A stretch of DNA of 64,000 nucleotides, from NCBI GenBank assembly GCA_023150875.1, contig JAKLKC010000038.1:2408-66407 (forward strand). Direction: 5' to 3'. The position numbers were made by a program, and so were the translations under genes. Below are positions 9,186 through 18,485 of the stretch, piece after piece (position 1 is the first letter of the stretch; each line of letters starts with the position of its first letter). The DNA is from Myxococcota bacterium. GTDB lineage: Bacteria; Myxococcota_A; UBA796; UBA9615; JAKLKC01. The notes beneath the pieces are model-generated. The model made no database searches. It was not told where the DNA came from and worked only from the letters and a program-made list of their open reading frames with translations.

Positions 9186-9821
9186 GTGACACCCGCCTCC
9201 GGAGCCGGCACCAACCGCCGGGAGAGGTCGCGCGAGCGCAGGCGCCGCATCCTCGAGGCGGCGCTGGAGTGCTTCACGACCCTGGGCTTCACCGCCACGA
9301 CCCTCGAAGACATCCGGGCCCGCTCCGGGGCCAGCACCGGCAGCGTGTACCACCACTTCGGCGGCAAGGAGCAGATCGCCGGGGCCCTCTACGTCGAGGG
9401 GCTGCGGGACTACCAGGCGGCCCTCGCCGCCGAGCTGGTGCTCCACGACGCGACGGCGGGCGGGGTCCGCGCCCTGGTGCGCCGTCACCTCGGCTGGGTG
9501 GTGGAACACCCCGACTGGGCCCGCTACCTGATCCGGATGAGGCGGGCGGAGTCCGTCTCCGCCGCCGAGGCGGAGATCCGCGAGACGAACCGGAGCTTCG
9601 TCGAGGCGATACGCCTCTGGCTCGCGCCCCGGGTCGCCCGGGGGGAGCTGCGCGCCCTGCCGGTGGACCTCTTCCTCGCCCTGCTGCTGGGTCCGAGCCA
9701 GGAGTTCACCCGGCTGTGGATCGAGGGCCGCGCCCGCACCGACGTCGCCGAGGCCGCCGAGGTCCTGGCGGACGCCGCGTGGATGGCGCTCCGGGGCGAC
9801 GCCGTGCCCCCGGGGACTTGA
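9186..9821 (+). CDS. TetR/AcrR family transcriptional regulator
   Basis: RRILEAALECFTTLGFTATTLEDIRARSGASTGSVYHHFGGKE HTH. Confidence 0.92.
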   Translation: MTPASGAGTNRRERSRERRRRILEAALECFTTLGFTATTLEDIRARSGASTGSVYHHFGGKEQIAGALYVEGLRDYQAALAAELVLHDATAGGVRALVRRHLGWVVEHPDWARYLIRMRRAESVSAAEAEIRETNRSFVEAIRLWLAPRVARGELRALPVDLFLALLLGPSQEFTRLWIEGRARTDVAEAAEVLADAAWMALRGDAVPPGT

Positions 9822-9894
9822 ACCCCGCTCCCCCGGGCCTCATCCTGTCGCCGACGCGGCGGCCGGCCCGCCGCCCCGCTCCCTGGAGGACTCG

Positions 9895-10245
9895 ATGATC
9901 CGCGCCCTGGCGACCTCGGCCCTGCTGCTGTTGGCGGCCTCGATCCACGTCGGCTGCGGGGCTGCTCCCCCCGCGGGACCGAGGACGGTGGAGATCTCGG
10001 TGACCACCAAGGGATTCGAGCCCAGCCCCATCGCCGTGAAGGTGGGGGAGCCCCTCCAACTGGTGGTGACGCGCAAGACCGACACCACCTGCGCCACCTC
10101 CATCGTGGTGCCGGGCTACGACATCGACCAGGCCCTCCCCCTGAACCAGCCCGTGACCATCCAGCTCACCCCCAAGAAGACCGGCGAGCTGCGGTACGGC
10201 TGCGGCATGGGGCAGATGATCGCGGGCGTCCTCACCGTGGAGTGA
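9895..10245 (+). CDS. cupredoxin-domain exported protein/lipoprotein
   Basis: Signal peptide with Cys. GFEPSPIAVKVGEP...YGCGMGQMIAG. Confidence 0.85.
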   Translation: MIRALATSALLLLAASIHVGCGAAPPAGPRTVEISVTTKGFEPSPIAVKVGEPLQLVVTRKTDTTCATSIVVPGYDIDQALPLNQPVTIQLTPKKTGELRYGCGMGQMIAGVLTVE

Positions 10246-10285
10246 TCCCGGGGCCGCCCCCCCGGCGGCGCCGCGCGGAGAGTCC

Positions 10286-11875
10286 TTGGCCGCCCTGGAG
10301 ATCCTGGCCGCCCTCGACGCCCTGCCCCGGCTGGGGTGGGTGGACGCCCCCACGCCCGTCACCCCCCTGCCGGAGCTGGCGGAGTCCCTGGGCCTCCGCT
10401 GGCTGGGGGCCAAGAGGGACGACTCCCTCCCCCTGCTGGGGGGCACCAAGGTCCGCAAGCTGGACCGCCTGCTGGCGACGGCGCCCTTCGCGGGCGCCCC
10501 CGCCTGGGCGTCCGCCGGGGCCATCGGGTCCGGCCACCTGGTGGCCCTCACCGCCGCGGCGCGCCGGCTGGACCGCCGCGTCGACGCCGTGCTGTTCTGG
10601 GAGCCGCCGTCGGAGGGGGTGCTGGAGAACCTCGCCTACACCGCCTCGGGGCCCACGGAGATCGCCTTCGTGGGGACCCGGGCGGGCCTGGCGCTGCGCC
10701 ACCCCCGGGTGCTGCTGGGGCCGACCCTGAGGGGGATCCCCGTGGTGGCCCCCGGGGCCAGCGTGCCCGCGGCGGTCGTCGGGATCGCCCGGGCCGCCGT
10801 CGAGCTGGTGGCCCAGGTGGAGGCCGGCGAGGTCCCCCCCTTCGACCGGATCGTGGTGCCCCTGGGCTCCGGGGGGACCGCCGCCGGGCTGGCCCTGGGC
10901 CTGGGCCTTGCGGGCCACCCCGCCTCGGTCCACGCGGTGGCGGTGGTGGAGCGGTGGCTCGCCGGTCCCCGGCGCCTGGCCGCCCTGGCGGAGGCCACCC
11001 GGCGCCTCCTGGTCCAGGGAGGGATCGCCGCCGCCACCGCCGCGACCCCGGCGCCCATCCGCATCGACCGCGGGTGGCTCGGCCCGGGGTACGGGGTGCC
11101 CACCGCCGCCTCCCGGGGGGCGTGCTCCCGCCTGGGGGAGCTGGGGCTGGCCCTGGAGCCAGTCTACTCCGGGAAGGCGATGGCGGCCCTCCTCGCCGCC
11201 CGGGGGGCGGGCGACCGGGTGGTCTTCTGGGTGACGCCGAGGCGGGGGGAGACTCCCCCCGCGGACCCCGACTGGCGCGAGCGGCTCCCCCGCGCCCTCC
11301 AGCGGCGTCTCGCCCCCGGGGCTCCGGGCCCCTCCCGGCGGCGCCTGCTGGTGGCGGGCGCGGCCGGCGCCGCCTGCGTCGGCCTGCGGGTCACCGGCTA
11401 CCCCCCCCTGCCCGCCTTCCGCGGCCAGGTCCTGGCGGCGTGGGAGGCCCACGTGGTGCGGGCCGCGGCGGAGGCCCTGCTGCCCCCGGCCCCCGGGCCC
11501 TACGGGGACGTGGCGGCGAGGGTGGACCGCTACCTCGCCGCCCTGCCCCCGCGGCTCCGCCGGGACGTCCACGCCCTGCTCGCCACCGTGGAGCACGCCA
11601 CCCTCCTGGGGGGCGAGGTCCGGCGCCTCACCCGCCTCGCCCCCGCCGAGGGGGAGGCGTGGCTCCGTGCCCTGGACGCCTACGGGGGGCTGGCGAGGCA
11701 GGCCTACCGGGGGATCCGGGACCTGTGCATGCTGGGGCACTATCAGGACCCGGCGACGTGGCCGGACCTGGGCTACGGCGGGCCGCGGGTGCCGCCGGGG
11801 CGCCGCCCCTCCTCCTACGACGCCCTCGCCGCCCCCGCCGGGGCGATCCCCCCCGGATGGGAGGCCGCCCCGTGA
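10286..11875 (+). CDS. fusion: PLP-dependent D-cysteine desulfhydrase/ACC deaminase family + gluconate-2-dehydrogenase subunit-3-like domain
   Basis: PTPV...KRDD...GGTKVRKL, GSGGTAAG, LEPVYSGKA. Then SRRRLL and ...RDLCMLGHYQDPATWPDLGYGGP. Confidence 0.75.
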   Translation: MAALEILAALDALPRLGWVDAPTPVTPLPELAESLGLRWLGAKRDDSLPLLGGTKVRKLDRLLATAPFAGAPAWASAGAIGSGHLVALTAAARRLDRRVDAVLFWEPPSEGVLENLAYTASGPTEIAFVGTRAGLALRHPRVLLGPTLRGIPVVAPGASVPAAVVGIARAAVELVAQVEAGEVPPFDRIVVPLGSGGTAAGLALGLGLAGHPASVHAVAVVERWLAGPRRLAALAEATRRLLVQGGIAAATAATPAPIRIDRGWLGPGYGVPTAASRGACSRLGELGLALEPVYSGKAMAALLAARGAGDRVVFWVTPRRGETPPADPDWRERLPRALQRRLAPGAPGPSRRRLLVAGAAGAACVGLRVTGYPPLPAFRGQVLAAWEAHVVRAAAEALLPPAPGPYGDVAARVDRYLAALPPRLRRDVHALLATVEHATLLGGEVRRLTRLAPAEGEAWLRALDAYGGLARQAYRGIRDLCMLGHYQDPATWPDLGYGGPRVPPGRRPSSYDALAAPAGAIPPGWEAAP

Positions 11876-13407
11876 TCTACGACGCCTCCCTCCTGCCCCT
11901 GCCCGCCCGGGTCCGGGCCGACCTGTGCGTGGTGGGCTCGGGCCCCGGGGGAGCCACCGCCGCCGCCGTCGCCGCCGAGGCGGGCCTGGACGTGGTCCTT
12001 CTGGAGGCCGGCCCCCTGGTCACCCCGGGCCAGATGACCCAGCGGGAGGAGGAGATGCTCCCGCTCCTGTACTGGCACGCCGGCGGACGGACCACCTCCG
12101 ACCGCGCCGTCCGTGTCCACCAGGGGCGGGGCGTCGGCGGGTCCTCGCTGCACAACATCAACCTGTGCAAGCGGATCCCGGCGGAGGTCCGGGAGGGCTG
12201 GCGCCGGGATCGGGGGCTCGAACGCCTCGACTCCGCCACATGGGACTCGCTGTACGACGAGGTGGAGGCCCTCCTGGGGGTGGGCCCGGTCCCCGAGGGG
12301 CTCCGCAGCCGGCACAACCGCCTGCTGGAGCGGGGCTGCCAGGCCCTCGGCTGGGAGGGGGGCTGGCTCTCCCACAACCGCGACGGGTGCGTCGGCAGCG
12401 GCTTCTGCGAGATCGGGTGCGCCTACGACGCCAAGAACAACGCCCTGAAGGTGATGATCCCCCGCCTGGTGCGGGCCGGGGGGAGGGTGATCACCCGCTG
12501 CCAGGCGGTGCGGGTCGTCCACCGGGGCGGGCGGGCGGTGGGGGTGGAGGCCGTCGCCCTCCCCGCCGGCCCCGGCGAGCCCCTGGGCCGCGTCACCATC
12601 GAGGCCGGGCAGGTCTGCCTCTCGGCCTCCGCCACCGGCACCCCCGCCCTGCTGCTCCGCTCGAGGGTGCCCGATCCCGGCGGGGAGACGGGCCGGGGCC
12701 TGCGGGTCCACCCTGGGATCGCCGCCGCCGGGGAGTTCGAGGAGCCGGTCCGGGCCTGGGAGGGGATCCCCCAGAGCTACGAGTGCACCCGGTGGCTCGG
12801 CTTCGCCCCGGGGGCCCCCCACCGGAGCTGGATCCTCCCCGCCTTCGGCCACCCCATGGGGCTGGCGACGATGATCCCGGGGCACGGGGCCTTCCACCGG
12901 CAGGTCATGGCGGGCTACGCCCACCTCGCCGCCTTCAGCACCATGCTCCACGACCACACCGCCGGGACGGTCCGCCCCGACGGCGACCTGGACGTCTCCA
13001 TCGGCTACCGCCCGGACGAGGCCGACCGCCGGGAGCTGGCCTTCGGCCTCGCCGCCTGCGCCAGGCTCCTCCTGGCGGCGGGAGCCCGCCGGGTGATGGT
13101 CCCCACCACTCCCCCCACGGTCCTGCTCCCCGGCGACGACCCCGGGGTCATCGCGGAGGCGGACCACGGCCCGGGGGGCCTGGACCTCACCGCCGTCCAC
13201 CCCATGTCCTCGGTGCCCATGGGGGACGATCCCCGGACCGCCGCCGTGGACTCCGCCGGCCGCCACCACCACCTCCCGGGGCTGTGGATCGCCGACGCCT
13301 CCCTCTTCCCCACCTCCATCGGCGTGCCGCCCCAGGTCTCGGTCTACGCCATGGGCTTCCACGTGGGCCGGGCCCTGGTGGCCGAGGCGGGGCGGCGCGG
13401 ATCCTGA
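11872..13407 (+). CDS. GMC family oxidoreductase
   Basis: VVGSGPGG, GRGVGGSSLHN, CVGSGFCEIGC, HPMSS...DASLFPTSIGVPPQ. GTGA overlap with the upstream stop. Confidence 0.88.
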   Translation: MIYDASLLPLPARVRADLCVVGSGPGGATAAAVAAEAGLDVVLLEAGPLVTPGQMTQREEEMLPLLYWHAGGRTTSDRAVRVHQGRGVGGSSLHNINLCKRIPAEVREGWRRDRGLERLDSATWDSLYDEVEALLGVGPVPEGLRSRHNRLLERGCQALGWEGGWLSHNRDGCVGSGFCEIGCAYDAKNNALKVMIPRLVRAGGRVITRCQAVRVVHRGGRAVGVEAVALPAGPGEPLGRVTIEAGQVCLSASATGTPALLLRSRVPDPGGETGRGLRVHPGIAAAGEFEEPVRAWEGIPQSYECTRWLGFAPGAPHRSWILPAFGHPMGLATMIPGHGAFHRQVMAGYAHLAAFSTMLHDHTAGTVRPDGDLDVSIGYRPDEADRRELAFGLAACARLLLAAGARRVMVPTTPPTVLLPGDDPGVIAEADHGPGGLDLTAVHPMSSVPMGDDPRTAAVDSAGRHHHLPGLWIADASLFPTSIGVPPQVSVYAMGFHVGRALVAEAGRRGS

Positions 13408-13410
13408 GGA

Positions 13411-15414
13411 TCAGTCGGGATCGCAGGGCCCGTCGCAGAACTGCTGGACCTCGCCGGTGCGGAAGAAGGCGTCCACCATCAGCCGGGCGGCGAGGACGTC
13501 CGCCACCTTCCCGTGGGGGTCCTCCCCCTCGCGCATGGGGACGTTGGTGGTCGGGACCGGCGGCAGCCCGAAGTCGTAGTCGATGAAGGCCGTGCCGGGA
13601 TGGGGCGCCTCGACGGGCTCCAGGCCGTACAGCTCCCGGTTCCCCGGCTGGAGGTGGGGGGCGCCGATGGCCCGCGCCATGACCTCCGTGCCCAGGTTGG
13701 GCACCTGGTGGTCGCCGATGGCCTCCATGAGCACCACCTCGTGGGAGGGGGTGCCCGGGAGGGGGTCGTCCACGATGTACGCCGAGTAGCCGTTGGGCTC
13801 CGCCCGGTCCCAGAGCATCTGCACGACCCCCAGGATCAGGTGGGTGTCCAGGACGTCCTCCACCGCCACCGAGAGGGCGAGGGAGAACTCGTCGTAGAGG
13901 ATGCTGCGGGGGAGCAACAGGGAGTAGGGCTGGCCCGGCACCGCGAGGCAGCCCCTCTCGATGTCCGTGGTCAGCGCCATGTAGCTGGCGCCGTAGATCC
14001 CCCCCTGGCTGCCGCCGAAGTAGTAGCGCCGGGACGGGTCGATGGAGGGGCCGGCGTCGAACTGGCTGGCGGGGTCCTGGGCGAAGGCCCCCATCATCGC
14101 CCGCATCGCCACCAGCATCCCCAGGAAGCCCTGCTGGCTGCGGTCGGGCACGGTGCGGAACCGCGTCGCGTCGCCCCCCGCCACCACCGCCGCGATCACC
14201 GACACGTCGGCGCCCGACATGCCGATCCAGTCCATGGACACCAGTACGTAGCCGAGCTCGTCCGCCATCTCCTGGTACTCCTGGGCCTGGACGGAGTAAC
14301 GGTCCCCGAACAGCCCGTGGCCGTACTGGAGGATGGGCTTCGGCTCCCCCTGGGCGGCGCTCCTGGGGATCAGCACCACGAACGGGTACTCGGTGGTCCC
14401 CTGCCTCACCGGCATCCCCAGGGCGTCCACCACCATCTCGCCCCCGGGACCGGGGTCGTCGAGGTAGAGGGGCACCTCGATCCGCCCCTCGATCCGCCGG
14501 GCGACGTGCTCGCTCCAGTCGTCCTCCACCGAGTCCACGACGTAGGGCGGACCCTCGGGGCCATACTCCGCCAGGGCCGCGTCCCGCATCGCCAGCATGG
14601 GGGCGGTGTTGTTCTCGCGGCTCGCGGTGGAGAAGTCCCAGGCGAGCTGGAGATCCCCTCTGCCCACCCCCGCCGCCTCCAGCCGGGTGAAGATGTCTTC
14701 GTACAGGGCCCGGCGGCGCTCCACCGAGGGGTCCTCGTGGTCGGTGCCGTCCCGGAGCGCCCGGAACACCGGCGTCGGCTCCAGCGCCACCCCCGAGGAG
14801 TCCACGACCCCCCGGATCGCCACCACGTAGCGGGCCGCGTCCCGCAGGCGGACCACCGGGCGGACCATGAAGGCCCGGCTCTCCTCCTGGTCCGTCGCCA
14901 TGTCCAGCTCGGCGAAGTGGGGGATCCGCTCCCCGGTCTCGGCGTCCAGGAGCACCGTCCGGGAGTCGGGCTCCACCGACTCCGCGATGTGCTCGGGGTC
15001 CGCGAGGCCCGTGGCCGTCGCCCCCGGCAGGTGGGTCAGCAGCGTGGCGCCCGCGGAGAAGCCGTCGCTCAGCCGGAACACGTCCGGCGGGGTGCGGACG
15101 CCGGAGCGGCTCATGGGCAGCGTCGTCTCGCTGAACTCCACCCTCTTCCCCGACGGCGTCGAGGGGTCCGACACCAGCCACACGTTCGAGGGGAACGGGA
15201 AGCCGCACCGGCTGGGGACCAGGGGATCGCAGTCACCCGCCAGCAGGGGCTCGTCGGGGGAGGTGTCGTCGTCCCCGGCGGTGGTGTCGTCGTCCCCGGC
15301 CGTGGCGTCGTCGTCCGCCGGCGGATCGCCTTCCGACGGATGGCAGCCCGGAACGGCGAACGCCAGCACCACCCCGCCCAACGCCCCGAACGCCCGGAGG
15401 CACCGCCACGCCAT
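13411..15414 (-). CDS. lipoprotein with Asp-rich linker and alpha/beta-hydrolase-like domain
   Basis: AVPGC lipobox, (DDDxTAG)n linker, HGLFG, GGSQGG nucleophile elbow, C-terminal DPH. Confidence 0.75.
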   Translation of the reverse strand: MAWRCLRAFGALGGVVLAFAVPGCHPSEGDPPADDDATAGDDDTTAGDDDTSPDEPLLAGDCDPLVPSRCGFPFPSNVWLVSDPSTPSGKRVEFSETTLPMSRSGVRTPPDVFRLSDGFSAGATLLTHLPGATATGLADPEHIAESVEPDSRTVLLDAETGERIPHFAELDMATDQEESRAFMVRPVVRLRDAARYVVAIRGVVDSSGVALEPTPVFRALRDGTDHEDPSVERRRALYEDIFTRLEAAGVGRGDLQLAWDFSTASRENNTAPMLAMRDAALAEYGPEGPPYVVDSVEDDWSEHVARRIEGRIEVPLYLDDPGPGGEMVVDALGMPVRQGTTEYPFVVLIPRSAAQGEPKPILQYGHGLFGDRYSVQAQEYQEMADELGYVLVSMDWIGMSGADVSVIAAVVAGGDATRFRTVPDRSQQGFLGMLVAMRAMMGAFAQDPASQFDAGPSIDPSRRYYFGGSQGGIYGASYMALTTDIERGCLAVPGQPYSLLLPRSILYDEFSLALSVAVEDVLDTHLILGVVQMLWDRAEPNGYSAYIVDDPLPGTPSHEVVLMEAIGDHQVPNLGTEVMARAIGAPHLQPGNRELYGLEPVEAPHPGTAFIDYDFGLPPVPTTNVPMREGEDPHGKVADVLAARLMVDAFFRTGEVQQFCDGPCDPD
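15262..15320. repeat. 21-bp tandem repeat (~3 copies) encoding DDDATAG-DDDTTAG-DDDT
   Basis: GGTGTCGTCGTCCCCGGCGGT-like units seen directly. Confidence 0.8.
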
Positions 15415-15541
15415 GCCGCACTCCACCGCGCCGCGGGCCCCCCGCGAACGCCGCGGGGACGGCCGGAGCCGCACCACCGGGAGGGAGCCGGCGGGCTGGA
15501 ACTCGGCGCGGTGGCACTATCCCAGAAACGAGGTCGGGATG

Positions 15542-15832
15542 CTACCGCTCTTGCCTCTCCTTGGGACCACCGGGCCGCTCGGCACCGGCGAGTCCTTCGG
15601 CGGACTGCGGGTGGCGAGGCTTCATGTCGAAGACGGACAGATCAAGCCCGAAGTGGTTGCAGAGGCCGCGCAGGTACTCGACGCGCACCACGCTCTTGAG
15701 GCCGTTGTGAGCGGGGATCGTATAGGGCCGGCATCCGGCCTTCGTCAGCTTGTAGTGCTTCGCCCCGAAGTGGCTGTCGATGCCATGATCCCGTGCCAGC
15801 AACGACACGACTTCCCGGAGGCGCCAAGACAC
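15542..15832 (-). CDS. HicA-like toxin (type II TA)
   Basis: Small basic protein GAKHYKLTKAGCRPYTIPAHNGLKSVVRVEYLRGL, resembling the HicA GxH...xPxH pattern. Confidence 0.6.
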   Translation of the reverse strand: MSWRLREVVSLLARDHGIDSHFGAKHYKLTKAGCRPYTIPAHNGLKSVVRVEYLRGLCNHFGLDLSVFDMKPRHPQSAEGLAGAERPGGPKERQER

Positions 15833-15844
15833 GCTGCCGATGCC

Positions 15845-16306
15845 CTACGCGACTCGACGAGCGTCGTCCGCGACGATGGATGGCGGTTGGCGGCCTCGCG
15901 TGTCCTGGTGGGGCGGGGCGCACCAGCGGCCGGTGAGCTCGTCGAGGACATAGGAGCGCAGGCGCCGAACCAGCACCACGCTCACATCGGCCGGGTCGGA
16001 TGGCAGCCCATTCACGTCCACGGGGCGTCCCGTCGCTTCCAGGCGCACGACGTCGGCCCAGTCATCCTCGGGCGCGTGTCGCTCCTCCGGGTCCAGGCCA
16101 GCGGCCAGATCGTCCAGTACGACCATGTCGACGGGCTCATCCAGGTCGGCCGACGCCTCGCCAGGTGTCGATCCCTCGCCGAAGACGTTGAAGTCCAGGC
16201 AGTGGGCGACCCACACCCTGCAGTCCTCCTCGGCGCGGCGCACGAGGATGGTCAGGTAGTAGGTGCAGAGTCGGGAGGATCGGACATGCCCGCGGCTCGA
16301 CTTCAT
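15845..16306 (-). CDS. HicB-like antitoxin
   Basis: YLTILVRRAEEDCRVWVAHCLDFNVFGEGSTPGEASADL matches the HicB N-terminal fold pattern. Start uncertain. Confidence 0.6.
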   Translation of the reverse strand: MKSSRGHVRSSRLCTYYLTILVRRAEEDCRVWVAHCLDFNVFGEGSTPGEASADLDEPVDMVVLDDLAAGLDPEERHAPEDDWADVVRLEATGRPVDVNGLPSDPADVSVVLVRRLRSYVLDELTGRWCAPPHQDTRGRQPPSIVADDARRVA

Positions 16307-16488
16307 GGCGGCCAAGGTAGCCCGCACCCACCGCTGGTGCAACTCCTGCCCCGGCCGAGCCGCCCTCCGCCCGACCCGCGACGGGGTGGTCCACGGGGCG
16401 CACCGCGGGGATGTGCCCCTTGCGGCAGCCTTACCGGTCGCCGCCGCGGGCAGGCGCGGTCGACGCGTTCCCCCCTCCGCTCACCCCT

Positions 16489-17550
16489 TCACCCCTCCGG
16501 CAGTACCTCGTACCGCCGCGTGTCGGGCACCTCCAGGACCAGGTCGGCGCCGAAGGCCATGGCCGGCGTCAGGGCGCCCCGGGGCGGCGCCTCCAGCACC
16601 TTCTCCACGATCCGCACCGACGCCTCGGCGGTGAAGCGGTAGCCCTCCCCCGTCTCCAGCCACGCCTCCTTGGCGCCCCCCGGGCCCTCGGCCCTCGCCC
16701 ACACGTAGGAGCGGCCGGTGCGCTGCATCTCCGGGTCGGGGCCCCGGCTCGCCCGCCCCGCCAGCGCCTCCGCCGCCCGGCGCACCGGGGGGATGGACAG
16801 GGCCGCCTGCGCCCACCGGGCCGTCCGCCGGATCCCGGCGATCTTCTTGGGCGGGTAGGCGAGGTACACGGTGATGTCCGGGATCCCCGTGGTGTGGGCC
16901 GCCGTCTCCAGGTCGGCCCAGGGGAAGGGCATCGCCCACAGCTCCCGGTGGGGGAAGCGGAAGGTCCTCGCCCCCTCGCCCAGGGGGAAGGGAACCAGCG
17001 ACCCTCCCCGCCGGACCAGCCCCCCCCGGGCCAGGATCTCCACCGCCGTCCGGGCGGTACCGGCGCTCGGGCGGCCGATGGCGGCCACCGCCAGGTCCAG
17101 CCGGGTCGCCCCCGGGGCGGCGTCGGCGACGAAGCGCGCCAGGCAGTCCGTGGGCACCACGTCGAAGCCGACGCCGGAGATCAGCGCCACCCCCTTCTCC
17201 TCCGCCCGGGGGCCGTGGCGGAAGGTGTTGGCGAACACGGGGATCTCGCCGGTGATGTCCAGGTAGTGGGCCCCCCGGGCGAGGCAAGCCCCCAGCATGG
17301 GGCCGCTGGTGCGCGAGAACGGGCCGGCGGCGTGGAGCACCAGCGGCACGTCCGCCACCGCCCGCTCCAGGGCGCGGTCGTCGTCCAGGCCCACCACGAC
17401 GTGGGGCAGCCCGAGGTCCTCCGCCAGCGGCGCCAGCCGGGCGGCTTCCCGGCCCGCCAGCACGGGCCGATGGCCGCGGCGCACCGCCTCCCGGGCGATG
17501 AGCTTCCCGGTGAAGCCGTAGGCCCCGTAGAGCATCCACGCCGCCGTCAT
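16489..17550 (-). CDS. saccharopine dehydrogenase-like NAD(P)-binding oxidoreductase
   Basis: LYGAYGFTG, HAAGPF, HYLDITGE, GVGFDVVPTD. Confidence 0.88.
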   Translation of the reverse strand: MTAAWMLYGAYGFTGKLIAREAVRRGHRPVLAGREAARLAPLAEDLGLPHVVVGLDDDRALERAVADVPLVLHAAGPFSRTSGPMLGACLARGAHYLDITGEIPVFANTFRHGPRAEEKGVALISGVGFDVVPTDCLARFVADAAPGATRLDLAVAAIGRPSAGTARTAVEILARGGLVRRGGSLVPFPLGEGARTFRFPHRELWAMPFPWADLETAAHTTGIPDITVYLAYPPKKIAGIRRTARWAQAALSIPPVRRAAEALAGRASRGPDPEMQRTGRSYVWARAEGPGGAKEAWLETGEGYRFTAEASVRIVEKVLEAPPRGALTPAMAFGADLVLEVPDTRRYEVLPEG

Positions 17551-18485
17551 CCCTCCTCCTCCCTCTCCAGCTCCGTCAGGACCGCCTGCCACCCCCGGGG
17601 GTGGAACAGCCAGGTGAAGTGGGTGAAGCCCGGCACCTCCACGTTCCGTGCCCCCTCCACCCGGGCCGCCTCGGGGGGGAGGATCATCATGTCCGCGGGG
17701 CTGTAGAAGCTGGTGAGGCGCGGCATCGCGGGCGGGCCGGGCCAGGGCACCTGGCGCCCCAGGACCTCCATCAGCTCCGAGTCGGGGCGGAGCTCCCTCG
17801 CCAGGCGGGTGTTGGCGTAGCGCGCCGCGTGGGTGCCAGCGTGGGGGGTGCCGAGGGTGACCAGCCGCTCCACCCGGGCCGCCGTGGCGGGGTCCGACAG
17901 CGCCAGGCGGCACACCAGGCCCCCCATGCTGTGGGCCACCAGGTCCAGCTTCTGCCCCTCGGCGAGGCCGCAGGCCAGGGCGACCTCCGCCAGGTACTCC
18001 CGGAGCGCCTGGGCCAGGTCCAGGGCGCCGCCCCCCTCGCCGAAGCCCACCGACCAGGTGCGGCCTCGGCCCATCACCCGGAACCAGCCCCGCATCGCCA
18101 GGAAGTTCCCCGGTCCTCCCCCGAGGCCGTGCACGAAGACCACGGGGCGGTGGCCGTCGTCGGGCAGGGCGCGCACGGGGGGGCGGCCCGGGGCCAGCAG
18201 GGTCAGGCCCACGAGGGGGAGCTGGGCCAGGTGCCGCAGCACGTCCGGGTCCACGGTCTGGAGGGCGGCCTGGGCCCCACGGCCCACCGCGGAGGCCAGG
18301 CGTCCCACCGCGAGCCCGGCCCCCGAGAGCCCCGCCCCCACCGCCCGCCACACCTCGGCGGAGCGCGCCCCGCCTCCCTCCCCGGAGGGCACGCCCCCCT
18401 CCTCGCCGTCGGCCTGCTCCGGCGGGTCCGCCCCCGGATCGCCGGGATCGCCCGCTCCCTGCCCCTCCGGTCCGCCGCCGCCCAT
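17547..18485 (-). CDS. alpha/beta hydrolase (lipase/esterase)
   Basis: VVFVHGLGG, LVAHSMGG, LVTLGTPHAGT. Overlaps both neighbours. Confidence 0.85.
   Translation of the reverse strand: MGGGGPEGQGAGDPGDPGADPPEQADGEEGGVPSGEGGGARSAEVWRAVGAGLSGAGLAVGRLASAVGRGAQAALQTVDPDVLRHLAQLPLVGLTLLAPGRPPVRALPDDGHRPVVFVHGLGGGPGNFLAMRGWFRVMGRGRTWSVGFGEGGGALDLAQALREYLAEVALACGLAEGQKLDLVAHSMGGLVCRLALSDPATAARVERLVTLGTPHAGTHAARYANTRLARELRPDSELMEVLGRQVPWPGPPAMPRLTSFYSPADMMILPPEAARVEGARNVEVPGFTHFTWLFHPRGWQAVLTELEREEEG

Noticed and set aside
15262-15320. Short direct repeats as a CRISPR-like array
   Set aside because: Contiguous in-frame coding repeats with no spacers, and no cas genes in the window.
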